Below are positions 1-10,487 of a stretch of DNA of 64,000 nucleotides, in pieces. This DNA is from an uncultured Verrucomicrobiae bacterium (GTDB lineage Bacteria; Verrucomicrobiota; Verrucomicrobiia; Chthoniobacterales; UBA10450). The position numbers and the translations under genes were made by a program. The notes below the pieces were generated by a model, which ran no database searches, had not been told where the DNA came from, and saw only the letters and a list, made by a program, of their open reading frames with translations. The stretch's first letter is position 1. Each line of letters opens with the position of its first letter. Where the stretch lies: the NCBI GenBank assembly GCA_963792775.1, contig CAWBXU010000015.1, positions 263 to 64,262 on the forward strand, given 5' to 3'.

Positions 1-1407
1 GACACTTTTAAGCTCGCGTCCGATGACACGCAAGTGCGGAAGATCCTTGGCAGCGATTTGTCGGACTCGGCCAAAGCACAGCAAGTCCTGGCGATCTCCA
101 GCGTCAGCAATAATCCCAACGTGTTGCAGCTGCAAAAGACAATTGGCGAGCAGGAGGGGGAATTTGGCAAGTTGAAAGAGGGTACACCCCGCTGCACCCG
201 AAGTTCGCCGAAATGAAAAACCAGATTGCGGGTCTGCGGGCCGAACTCGACAAAGCGATCTTGCAGGCCTCGGAGACGGTGGGATCGGCTCTCGCTGCGG
301 CCCGGCAAACGGAGGCGAATATTGAAAGTTTGCTGAAAGACTTGGAGCTAGAAAAACTCAAAATCGATCGACTTGCCATTCCGTTTGCGGCCTATACTCG
401 GGAAGCCGATAGCTATAGAGACCTCTATGTTAGCGTGCAGGCACGTCTGAAGGAGACAGCAATCACTCAGGAGATTAATACTAACAACCTCCGGGTGGTG
501 ACTCCGGGATTGACGCCGCACTTACCGGTTAAGCCGCAGAAATTGCTCGTAGGCATCGCGTCGGTTATTGGCGGTCTTCTTCTCGGCTTCTGCGTCAGTT
601 TCGCCCTTTCGGCGACCGACAAGTCGTTTCGAACCGTGGATCAAATAGAACAGGCCCTCGGCCTCCCCATGCTGGCGGTAGTGCCGATAGCCGATAAGGT
701 CGTCACTCACGGGCAGGCTCTTCTCATCTTGCGCGAGCCGCAGAGCGCTGTCGCAGAAGGAATTCGGACCCTCCTGCTTCCCTCTCCATGCGGGAGGCGC
801 AAGCTGAGCACACGAGATTTCTCTTCACTAGCCGGTACCGGGTGAAGGCAAAACTTTCTGCTCGTCGAACTTCGCAGTTTCGCTGGCCCAGCTAGGGCAG
901 CGTACGCTGTTGATTGACGTCATCTGCGCTTACCCGCGATCAGCAAAGAATTCTTCCGGTCTGATGAAAGTCCTGGGGTTGCGGGTGTCCTGAAAGGCAC
1001 AGCGCGCTCCAGGAAGCGATTCGGCCCACTGAAGTCGCAAATCTTTCTGTTCTCACGGCCGGCGAGCGAATTCGTAATCCGGCGGAGTTGCTCACCACCG
1101 CAGATTTCGGTGAATTGCTCAGAAAAGCCTTAGTTGACCTACCAGCGGGTGGTGATCGATAGCGCACCCGTCCATGCGGTAAGCGACACGATGTGACTCC
1201 TGCGGTACGTCGAGTCGGTTTGCCTGGTAGTGCGGGCCGGAAGACGCCCCGCCGCGCAGTCCAGCGAGCGGTACAGATCTTAAGCGAAGGGAGTGCACGG
1301 CCGGTTGGAGTAATCTTAACCGCGCCTCACAACACCAGGGCGCAGGCTACTACTATTACTATTCAGCGGGCAAATACGGCGAGGGAGTTTACGCCGCTGC
1401 AAGTTGA
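1..1407 (+). pseudogene. Wzc/GumC-type polysaccharide co-polymerase fused to a BY-family tyrosine autokinase; 5' end outside the window; split over at least six frame segments
   Basis: Pieces 34-216 and 213-845 carry the Wzz-like coiled coil (GYTPLHPKFAEMKNQIAGLRAEL) and a TM helix (LLVGIASVIGGLLLGFCVSFAL). Other frames give Walker A PVPGEGKTF (about 832-860), LRLPAISKEFF, NLSVLTAGERIRNPAELL, VVIDSAPV and LVVRAGKTPRRAV..PVGVIL. The C-terminal tyrosine cluster GAGYYYYYSAGKYGEGVY ends at TGA 1405-1407. No single frame is open. Confidence 0.75.
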
Positions 1408-1628
1408 GACGGCTTCCCCTCCAGGGCCAACAAACCAGACGGAGTCCCCATTTGTTTCGCCTGGTTAGGTATCGCCCTGGAGAACGCGTATGAATTCTAT
1501 TCGGACCCAGCATTTTGCGCCGCTGGCGTGTGAGTAATCACGAGCGCGGCCGTGAGAAAAGAACCGTAGTGAAACTGAACCGTTGATCAGTTAGGAACAA
1601 TCCGACTTAACCTGCGCGCCACTAAGCG

Positions 1629-2966
1629 ATGATCAAGCAACCCATCAACCTAACGACCTCATTCGTCGTCCCAACCACTGCGACCTGCCTCGCCCGCGAC
1701 GCCTTGAAGGTTGCTTTCGTGCAGACACGAAAGGAAAACGCGGCTCGTTGGATCAATCGCGACACGTAGCATTGGATCGCTCTTGCAGCTTGCGGTGCTG
1801 GCCGTGATTACAAGGTCCAGCGGAGTTGAGACTGCCGGGTTGTTTTACCTTTTTATGTCGTGGATGATCTTTTTCAGGGACCTTTGGCAGCCTCGGTCTC
1901 CCTATTCAGACCATGCCAGCAGTAGCATCGCTAGACGCCCGGGGGCGCATCGAAGATGCCAACGCTCGCATTCGACAAAACTTTGTGGCGGCAATCGGCT
2001 ATTCCATCTGTCTCGCGGCAGTAATCGCTCTCGCCGCTCCTTACCTATCCAATATGGCTGGCCTTGGACGTCCGCAAATATCCGATTCTCATCCTGGCGT
2101 CAATCTCAGCCGTGGCCTTCACTGCTACCCGGATTGCCTCCGAGACACTGAAAGCCCGCAACCGCGCAAACGAGGGCATGTGCCTCGATTCAGTCCTACC
2201 GTTCGCGGGCCTGTTGTTGTGCATGGGAATGGCAACTGCGGTTTCCCTCAGATTGTCACCAGCCATGGTGGTGAATAGCTATGCCGTCACACTGATCTTC
2301 ATCGGAATTTTAGCCGCAGTCCGGCTCTGGAGGTCATCCCCGTCGCCGGCGACAAATACTAACTCGATCGCCCTAGACATGGACACGCTCCCGCTCTGGG
2401 GAATAGCTCTGGTGAATAATGCAATCACACTTTTACCCTACCTCGTCCTCCCGCACTTCGCGACCCTCTCTGGAAATCGGGTGTTTTGCCATTGCGCACC
2501 GTTTGATAAGATTTTGCGCCACCCTTACGGTTGCGCTGGGAATCACTTCGGGCCTGGTTTCGCTCGCAATTATTCACTTCGCAAGGTGGATGAACTCTCC
2601 CACCAGTTCCGGTCGTCTCAGGTTTGGTCTTTTCTCGCCTATTTGCCGTTTCTGCTCTGTAACCGTATTCGCAAAGTTTATCTTGGTCATTTTTGGAAGG
2701 CACATCGAGCCGGCGATACGATCACCATCCTCGCTATTCTGGCAATAGGAAGAGGTGTAAATGCTGCCTGCGGACTTACCGAATATTTTTTATCGATGGT
2801 TAACAGAAGCAGCGCTGAGTTTTGGAGTTCTGTCTCTTCACTTGTCATATTTTTAGGCTTTACGGCGCTATTGGGTAAAGCTTGGGGTGTGGTGGGCGTC
2901 GCGTTCGCCTTTTCGTTGTCGATGGCGGTACGGGCGGCGGCTTCGCTCATTTACGTCCGGTTGTGA
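1629..2966 (+). pseudogene. MOP/Wzx-like polysaccharide flippase, fragmented over several frames
   Basis: Overlapping ORFs 1711-2151, 1913-2278, 2064-2966 and 2419-2748 each encode hydrophobic helices. The C-terminus LLGKAWGVVGVAFAFSLSMAVRAAASLIYVRL is flippase-like. A possible ATG at 1629 runs into TAG after 46 codons. The family call rests on composition and the C-terminal motif only. Confidence 0.4.
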
Positions 2967-3075
2967 CCAATCAGCTACAAGCCGCTACCTCGTTTTAACA
3001 CTGAAGTCGCACCCAGCCCATTTTCCGATCCAACCAACCTCTAGTGGGAACCAAATTCATTAACGGGAATTCGAT

Positions 3076-3858
3076 ATGCACCTAGCTAGGTCGGGTAATG
3101 TTATAGCCTTGCTGTTCGTTGTTCTTGGCCTCGGCCTTTTCGCTCCTCGCTCGGTCACGAACAGCGATATTCATCCGCTCACTGCCGGGCCCGAATTGGA
3201 ACGCTACAAACTGGTGTGGCACGATGAATTTGATGGCGACACACTCAACAGCGACAATTGGAGTTGCCGTTCCGACTCTAGAAAATGGAGCACTCAGCGC
3301 CAGGAGAATGTTTCCGTAACTGATGGTCAGCTCCGAATTTCTCTGCGAAAGGAATATTATGGCGGCAAAAAATATACTGGCGGTGGAGTTATTAGTAAGA
3401 AGCAATTCAAATATGGTTAGTATGAGGCGCGATTCAAATGCCCTCCCGGTGGAGGCTGGCACACATCCTTCTGGATGATGAAGACAGGCGGCAACCGGGC
3501 GGCGGACCAAGAAATAGACGTGTGTGAGAATGACTCCGTTAACCACACACTGTTCAAGGTGAATGTTCATACCTACAATCCGACCCATCGAAGCCTCGGG
3601 CAAATAGGCATCAATTCTCCCGATCTTTCGGACGGGTATCACATCTGGGGCTGCGAATTTACGCCGAGGCAGGTGACGTTCTTTTTCGACGGGGCGAGAG
3701 TCGCGGGAAAGGACGTCTCCATGATAGGCCATGGCGACGAGAATATCTGGCTGACCTCGATTGCAGCAAGTGACGGAAACACCAAGATGGTGAATGAAGC
3801 GACCTTACCCGCCGTAGCCAGCTTTGATTACGTGCGCTTTTTTAAGGAGTCCGAGTGA
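3076..3858 (+). pseudogene. Glycoside hydrolase family 16 (beta-glucanase/laminarinase-like) with one in-frame TAG
   Basis: Signal-like N-terminus. GH16 hallmarks are WHDEFDG, GGWHTSFWMM and the catalytic EIDVCE (ExDxxE). ORFs 3076-3420 and 3475-3858 share one frame. They are separated by TAG at 3418-3420 within KYG*YEARFK, where GH16 proteins usually carry an aromatic residue. Confidence 0.75.
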
Positions 3859-3941
3859 AGGCGGCGCTTGAGAAGGGGCTTTCTTGTTAGCAATTGGGAC
3901 GTGACGGCAAGGTCAGAATGTTGGCAATGGCATAACTTACC

Positions 3942-5198
3942 GTGAATTTGCTTCTTCTTATAGCCGTTGTTGCACTGCTGGCTGTTACTACTTGGGCATT
4001 GGTGCGCTTCGTCGGCGGACAGCCCGCCGCGCTGTTTATCCTTGTCATCGGCATTTCAGTTATGGCGGGGAGTGTCCTTACGCCCGAGCGCGGGCCGGCG
4101 AAGAACGGCGTTGGCTGACAATAGGCTACAACCTTGTGGCTGGCGTTCCCTTCGCGCTGATAGCCGTTACTGCTGTATTCGTGCGAGGATACTCGCTTGC
4201 GATTGCGCAGAGGAAAAGGATTACTCCATTAGTAATGATGATGGGGGGGGTCGCCTGTTTTGGCTCGCTCATCGGTCTGCTTAACCGGAATCTAGTCGGT
4301 TACGTCATTGGAGACACTTTGAAAATGTTAATCGTTCCGACGCAACTGTTCTGCGGCGCCATCCTTGTGCGACGTCTAAGCGAGAAAGAAATAGGGAAAC
4401 TGATGATGATTGTGACCTGGATTGCTGTTGCGGGGGCAGCGGCGAGCTTGGTTCAGTGGGTGTTTCATCGCGCCGTTGCTGATCAGGCATCGGGCGCGAG
4501 GCTTTGGACCATTGGTCCTTGGACGTACAATTTGACAGCCTTTGCAGGGCTACTCGCGACATGGCCCCGGGGATACATCCTTCGGCTTGCGTGGTCAAGT
4601 GCACTCGGCCTCGTTGCCCTGGTTGGCGTAGTTACCGGCTATCGCTTAATTTTCGCTCTCTACGCCGTTATTTGCGTAACCTATGGATTCTGGATTGTTC
4701 CCCGTCGCTATTGGTCGAGATTCGCCGTGCTCGCATTCGTAGGATTGATCGCTTTGTCGGCCGGCGCTACCGTCTTGATAGAGAGGGGCCGAGGCACTCA
4801 CATGTTGGAGCGCTGGAAGATCCTGGCTTCCGATCCGCTTAATGATCCCTCTCGCCGGACGATTTGGCGAGATAGGTGCTGCGGTTCAGGAGATGGAAAA
4901 ATCACCGCTCTCGTTACTGGCAGGTGAGGGCGCCGGCGCCACTTTTGAATTGTACGAGAGCGCCGGTGATTATGCCGCGGCGCTCGCTGAGGCTTCCGGG
5001 GGCGAATTGCATAACATCCATGTATTTCTCGTGGGGGTATTTTTTCGGTATGGCGCGCTAGGTGTTTTGGTTTGGGTCTGCGTTCTTTTCACTCTTGTTC
5101 GACGGGGATTGTGGACGATTAATCGCACGATCATCTATCGGCGGGAATGCTGGATGGCCTTGTCGTTACTGCTGTGCGGAGTGATTAGTACGACTTAA
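3942..5198 (+). pseudogene. Wzy/O-antigen-ligase-like polymerase (Wzy_C type), about two frameshifts
   Basis: A GTG 3942 piece (VNLLLLIAVVALLAVTTWALV..) stops near 4110. The gene continues in ORF 3992-4927 (multi-TM). It then continues in ORF 4842-5198 with SPLSLLAGEGAGATF..ELHNIHVFLVGVFFRYGALGVL, typical of O-antigen polymerase/ligase loops. A G8 run lies at 4243-4250. Confidence 0.5.
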
Positions 5199-5340
5199 CT
5201 GTCTATCATCGACCGAGACTATCTTATTTGGCTATTTGTGGGCATGTTCATTACATCGAGCAAAGCCTTGCCCGCCCCACAAAGTCAAAGATATCCTGCA
5301 TCGGATCGCTTTCGCAGTTCTCAAACTGTTAAATATACAC

Positions 5341-6413
5341 ATGCTCGCTAGTCGAAATGTTGCGCTGGTTTCCGGATTCTGGGGGCAGAACATTGGAAAT
5401 GCATTTTTTAACATCGAGGCAAATGGATCCTTGATCATGTGTTTCCGGAAAGGCGAGTCGAATTCATTCTGGATCAACCTGGATATCGGACTTTTCACAA
5501 ACAACGCACGGGGAATCCTAAGAATGATTTTGGTCTCCTGAAGTATCTGGACTGCGAATACATTGTTCTCCAGGGGCCTATGTTGACAACGTCTTTTCCG
5601 GCTTTATGGGAGGACACGTTTACAGCTCTCAAGGCAAGGGGCACAAGATTTATCCTACTTGGCGCCGCAATGTTTCGCTACACCGACGAAGAAAGGGCAA
5701 TAAACCTCGAATTTCTTCGTCGATTTCGCCCGGCCATTATTAGCACGCGTGATGTCCCGACCTACGAAGCGTTCAAGGACGCGGCTGACTTCACCTATTC
5801 GGGGATAGACAGCGGCTTCTTCGCTTCCGACGCCTACGTGCCATTTCGGTTGACGGGCCCTGATTACATTACGGTGAATTTCGATCGCTGGCCTGAGCCT
5901 AGCATTAGGTTAGATGAGGAGAATGGTGCTGCTGATCGCCGTTTCGAGTATCTTTCGCATCTTTGGTCTCTGAAGTTTCCGCGTCTTCAATACTATCTTT
6001 CAAGTAAGGACAAGGTTAAGTCCTACTTGGGTGCACTCTTAGATGTGCGAAGGCTTCCGAAAAAACTGGGCGACTATGTGGTCATCCGACCTGAGCATCG
6101 ATTTAATCCGCATGTGACATGGAAGATCTATAAGCAGGCAAATGCAGTGGCATCCGATGAGCCGTGGAGTTACTTCACTCTTTACGCGAACACACAACTT
6201 ACGATCAGCGACCGGGTGCACGCGTGTGTCGCCACTCTCGCCTACGGCAAACCTGCCATGTTGTTTAGTCCTTCGCCAAGATCGAAGCTCTTCGACCGAC
6301 TTGGGTTGGATGAAATACGAAACCGGCCGGTAACACTCGATCGTGAAATTCTTCGTTCCATAAAGGATGAAGAGATTTCCTTCCTGAAAAACGCAGTGGC
6401 CAAAGGCTCCTGA
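5341..6413 (+). pseudogene. Polysaccharide pyruvyl transferase-like protein, probable frameshift near 5440-5470
   Basis: The N-terminal piece in another frame reads MLASRNVALVSGFWGQNIGNAFFNIEANG (a Gly-rich N-terminal motif). The main ORF 5439-6413 ends with ISDRVHACVATLAYGKPAMLF, typical of the PS_pyruv_trans family. The frameshift call is less certain than the family call. Confidence 0.5.
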
Positions 6414-6566
6414 AAGGTTTGTGAGAAACAGCGGGAGATTTCTCAGGGGGTTAACTGGAGATGGCGGGCTGAAGAGGCGGATGCACAATACGGCGTGAGA
6501 TGCCGTCCCTGAACACTGCCGTGCTAGTCGGAACGACCGAGCAAGTAATCTCTCGAGGATCAGTTT

Positions 6567-7775
6567 TTGAAAATCCAGATCATCAGTAATCTGTTTCGTC
6601 CCGATGAGCTGGCCGGTGCGGCTCTCTTTACCGACCTGGCATTCTTTCTAAAGCTGCAGGGACATGATGTGAGGGTGACAACCACCTTTCCTTATTATCC
6701 CGCGTGGAGGCTGAGGCCGGAAGATAAGGGTGTGAAGTGCCGCGACGAAAGCCTTGACGGAATCATAGTCCGCCGTGTGGGAATGTTTGTTCCGGAAAGA
6801 CCAAACGGCGCCCGCCGCGTCGCTTCCGATCTGACGTTCTTCATCAATCTCCTGCGCTACGGGGAATTCAAGGACTGGACGCCGGAGGTCGTACTGACGG
6901 CGTCGCCGATGTTTTCGCAATGTTTGGTCCAGAGGTTTCTTTATCGCGGGCAAAAGATTCCGCGACTCATCGTTGTGCAGGATTTCGTTGTCGATGCCGC
7001 TCTCGAGCTAAAGATACTCTGGTTGCCCGGCTTGGCCGCAACGCTCCGCCAGATTGAACGCTGGTCATTTCTTTCCGCCTCCACGCTTTTCACCATAAGT
7101 CGTCCGATGCTCCAGAAGCTGGAAGGTAAGTTGGACGCGAAAAGGCGCTGTTTGTTTGTCCCGAATTGGATTCATCAGAGTCTGGAGGACGAGGTTACCC
7201 GTCAAAAGGACATTCCGATTCTTCGCCAGCCCAGTTCATTGTTTTATTCCGGCAACTTTGGCGTCAAGCAAGGGCTTCCGAGCTTCGTCGAGTCCTTTAG
7301 TCATTACTCGGGCGATTGGAGCGTGAGGATGCACGGGGGAGGCAGCGAAGCTGGAAATCTTCGCAGACAGATCGAGCGCTGTAAATCGATCACATTGGGG
7401 GGTGTCTTGGACGAAGCTGACTATGTCCGATCGCTCCGTTCCGCGACCGCATGTCTGGTCACACAACAGCCAGGGATAGGGGCAAATTTCCTGCCGAGTA
7501 AAATTCTCCCCGCCCTTGCTACGGGAACTCCGATCCTGGCAATCGGTGATGCGACCAGCCCGCTAGGTCTCGAAGTGCGAGACGGTGGTTTTGGGGCAGT
7601 CGTAGAACCAGGTAATGATCGCCAGCTCGCGGATACCCTCGATGCCTGGACCGCTGATCCGGGGCTTTTGCGAGAGATGGGTCGGAGGTCATTGGTACGC
7701 AGTAAGCTCTATGCCTGGGACACGATTTTACCAATTTACGAGCGGGAGCTGCTCGCGCTCGCGGCGGGCGGCTGA
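6567..7775 (+). CDS. Glycosyltransferase family 4, WcaI-like
   Basis: 402 aa, TTG start. The N-terminus MKIQIISNLFRPDELAGAALFTDLAFFLKLQGHDVRVTTTFPYYPAWRL is characteristic of WcaI-type GT4 enzymes. The C-terminal GT-B half is present. Confidence 0.75.
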   Translation: MKIQIISNLFRPDELAGAALFTDLAFFLKLQGHDVRVTTTFPYYPAWRLRPEDKGVKCRDESLDGIIVRRVGMFVPERPNGARRVASDLTFFINLLRYGEFKDWTPEVVLTASPMFSQCLVQRFLYRGQKIPRLIVVQDFVVDAALELKILWLPGLAATLRQIERWSFLSASTLFTISRPMLQKLEGKLDAKRRCLFVPNWIHQSLEDEVTRQKDIPILRQPSSLFYSGNFGVKQGLPSFVESFSHYSGDWSVRMHGGGSEAGNLRRQIERCKSITLGGVLDEADYVRSLRSATACLVTQQPGIGANFLPSKILPALATGTPILAIGDATSPLGLEVRDGGFGAVVEPGNDRQLADTLDAWTADPGLLREMGRRSLVRSKLYAWDTILPIYERELLALAAGG

Positions 7776-7790
7776 AATTGGGACATAACT

Positions 7791-9257
7791 ATGTACGATC
7801 TTCGGACGAAAGCGATTCGTGGCGCCGGCTGGTCGGTCGCGGGTTCCCTCTCGGGACAGATCGTTTCGTTTGTTGTTTTTCTCTTGCTGGCGCGGCTTTT
7901 GTCCATCGAACAATTCGGCTTGATTGCCCTCGCCAATATCTATGTGTTGGTGGTCCAGATCTTTGTCTTCCAAGGGCTCGGACAGGCCGTCATCCAATTC
8001 GAAGATCTCGACGACCTTCATCTGGACACAGTCTTTTGGATGAATCTGGCGGCAGGCTGCTTTTTCTGTGCGCTCACCTTGGTCGACGCCGATTTCTTTT
8101 CAGGGTGTGTGGGTGCGCCGCCTCTCGGGCCATTACTTCGATGGCTTTCTCCCATATTCCTATTCGCCGCTTTGAGCGATGTGCAGAGTAACCTGCTCAC
8201 CCGCCAGATGGCGTTCTTCTCACTCGCCGCGCGCACCTTTATTTCTTACGTCGCTGGCGGAGTGGTGGGTGTCGCCCTGGCCCTAGGTGGCGCCGGTGCC
8301 TGGAGTATAGTTGGCCAGCAGCTTACTATTTGGGCGCTGAATGTCGTTGTGCTTTGGAGAGCAAGCGATTGGCGGCCTCGCTTTCGCTTCTCGCGCGAGC
8401 GTGCGTCCCGACTGGCCCGCTTCGGCGCAAACCTTCTCTGGGTGGATTTGGCCAGTCTGGCCAATCGGCGGTCGGACCAGTTTTTTATCGCGCGCTTTCT
8501 GGGTCCGGTGGCTGTGGGGATTTACGCGATCGGCGGACGAATCAGCATGCTCTTTGGAGAATTGGTTGTCCGCTCGTTTTCCCGAGTAAGTCTAAGTGCC
8601 TTTGCGCGTCTGCAAAACGATCCGGCGCGTCTCGCCCGCGGTTTCTATGACGTGACCGAAATGCAGGTTGCTCTCGTCTTGCCGATAACCCTCGGAATGA
8701 CTCTAATCGCGCCCTCAGCTGTGTCGCTTTTTTTCGGCGCGAAATGGCTTGGCGCCGCCCCAATCGTTCAAGTCTTGATTCTGGCCCTACCGTTCGAAGC
8801 TCTTTCCGCGATACATTTCTCGGTATTGATCAGCCGAGGACGTCCGCAATGGTGTTCTCTCCTGACCCTGGGGCATGCGTTGGTGAACGTCGCGATGTTC
8901 TTTCTCGCCGTCCGTTTCGGGATGCTCGCGGTGAGCATCGCATACGTCCTTCGTGCTGCCTTGTTTTACCCGGTGGAACTCTGTTTCGTCCGTCAGCTGA
9001 TTCCAATTTCCTTCGTCAAATTGTTTTTACTCTTAGCGTCGCCGCTCGTTGCCGCGCTCGCCATGACGCTCGGGATCTATTTACTACAAGAAGTTGCTGT
9101 CGCCCCTTCTTCCGCCACCTGGCTTTGTTCGGCGGTCGCCCTAGGCGCAGCAATTTACGGGCTGATTGTTTATCTTTTGCGCCCCGGCTTGGTGCGGGAC
9201 TTCTGGAGTCACCTCAGTCTCGTTTTCCAGTCTGAAGCGAGGGTAAGTCAATCGTGA
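7791..9257 (+). CDS. MOP-superfamily polysaccharide flippase (Wzx-like)
   Basis: 488 aa and intact, with about 12-14 predicted TM helices. The N-terminus RGAGWSVAGSLSGQIVSFVVFLLLARLLSIEQFGLIAL is typical of Wzx/polysaccharide biosynthesis proteins. GTGA overlap with the next gene. Confidence 0.75.
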   Translation: MYDLRTKAIRGAGWSVAGSLSGQIVSFVVFLLLARLLSIEQFGLIALANIYVLVVQIFVFQGLGQAVIQFEDLDDLHLDTVFWMNLAAGCFFCALTLVDADFFSGCVGAPPLGPLLRWLSPIFLFAALSDVQSNLLTRQMAFFSLAARTFISYVAGGVVGVALALGGAGAWSIVGQQLTIWALNVVVLWRASDWRPRFRFSRERASRLARFGANLLWVDLASLANRRSDQFFIARFLGPVAVGIYAIGGRISMLFGELVVRSFSRVSLSAFARLQNDPARLARGFYDVTEMQVALVLPITLGMTLIAPSAVSLFFGAKWLGAAPIVQVLILALPFEALSAIHFSVLISRGRPQWCSLLTLGHALVNVAMFFLAVRFGMLAVSIAYVLRAALFYPVELCFVRQLIPISFVKLFLLLASPLVAALAMTLGIYLLQEVAVAPSSATWLCSAVALGAAIYGLIVYLLRPGLVRDFWSHLSLVFQSEARVSQS

Positions 9258-10487
9258 AAGTTCTTCTCATCTCCAATCTTTTCCCACCCTTTGTTATGGG
9301 TGGAGCGGAGATGTCTGCCTATTCGCTCGCTCAATCGCTAGCCGCCCAGGGTCACCAGGTCCATGTTCTCACGAGCGCGCCGACCGAGCTCGTGGAGGGC
9401 CTGGAAGAGAATTCGTTCGGTTTTACGGTTGAGCGAAAGTTCTTCCGAAATCTTTATCAAGTGTTTGAGGCGGACAAAAAGGATCCGTTTACGAAACTCG
9501 TCTGGCACTTACACGACCATATCCATCTGCAGACGGAAAGGATCACGGAGGAAGTCATCGCGCGTTTCCAGCCGGACGTCATCAACACTCACGATTTGCA
9601 GGGAATAGGTTATAACCTGTTGCGAGCGATTGGCCGGAGCGGCCTGCCCTGCGTTCAGGTGCTACACGACTTTGGGATGATTTGTATCAATATGAACCAG
9701 TTTCGCGGGGGACACGAGTGTCGTCGCCATCATTTGCCCTGTCGCCTCTCGACAAGACTCAAGCAATCCTACTTCAAAACAATCCGACGCCTGACTTATA
9801 TATCCTACTCGCGCGCATTGTTGGAACGCTACCGTCCTTTTCTGGTTGAAGGAGCGCAGGCGACGGTTATTCCCCCTCCGCTCTACTTCGAGCGGTCGAA
9901 TGGTGTATCCAACCAGGAGCCGCTCCCGCACCTGGTTTATGTGGGCCAGATCGAATCGTGGAAGGGTGTTGGTTTCATATTGCAGGTCCTGGAACGAATC
10001 GCGAGGAATCGACGATTTGTTTTTGACGTGGTCGGCGGCGGCCACGAACTGACTTCGCTGCGCTCACAGGTACGGTGATCGGGCTTGGGTGAAATTTCAC
10101 GGTAAACGGCCTCCCGATGAAGTTGGAGCGTTCATGGCAAAAGCGGCCTTTTTGCTCGTGCCTTCTCTCTGGTTTGAAAATGCTCCCCTTGTCATTCGCC
10201 AGGCTATCGAAAGTAGCTTGCCTGTTCTGGCCAGTGATATCGGTGGTCTTGCAGAATTAGTTAATGACAATATTACGGGGCGCTTAATCCCGCCTGGGGA
10301 AGCGGCGGCATGGCAGGCGACAATCGAGTGGGCTTTGAATAACCCGGCGCAAGTCGAGAAGTGGCGGTGTGGCACGTCTGATCTGCAGGCAACGCGTTAC
10401 AGAGCAGATGTTCTTGGGCCGGCTTACTCCGAGCTCTTCGGGCGGATAGTCGGTAGCTCTCAACGCGTGGAGGAGTGGGCGAGATAA
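9254..10487 (+). CDS. Glycosyltransferase family 4, interrupted by a 1-nt insertion near 10069
   Basis: ORF 9254-10078 (MKVLLISNLFPPFVMGGAEMSAYSLAQSLAAQGHQVHVLT) and ORF 10089-10487 (FLLVPSLWFENAPLVIRQAIESSLPVLASDIGGLAELV) are the two GT-B halves. Removing one g in cag-g-tac restores ..LRSQYGDRAWVKFHG... Confidence 0.75.

Noticed and set aside
3418-3420. TAG in GH16 as a recoded (pyrrolysine or readthrough) codon.
   Set aside because: No pyl genes or PYLIS-like context are visible. Other genes use TAG as an ordinary stop (tsaB, the macB permease, ADOP paralogue 2). A simple nonsense change or a base-call error explains it.
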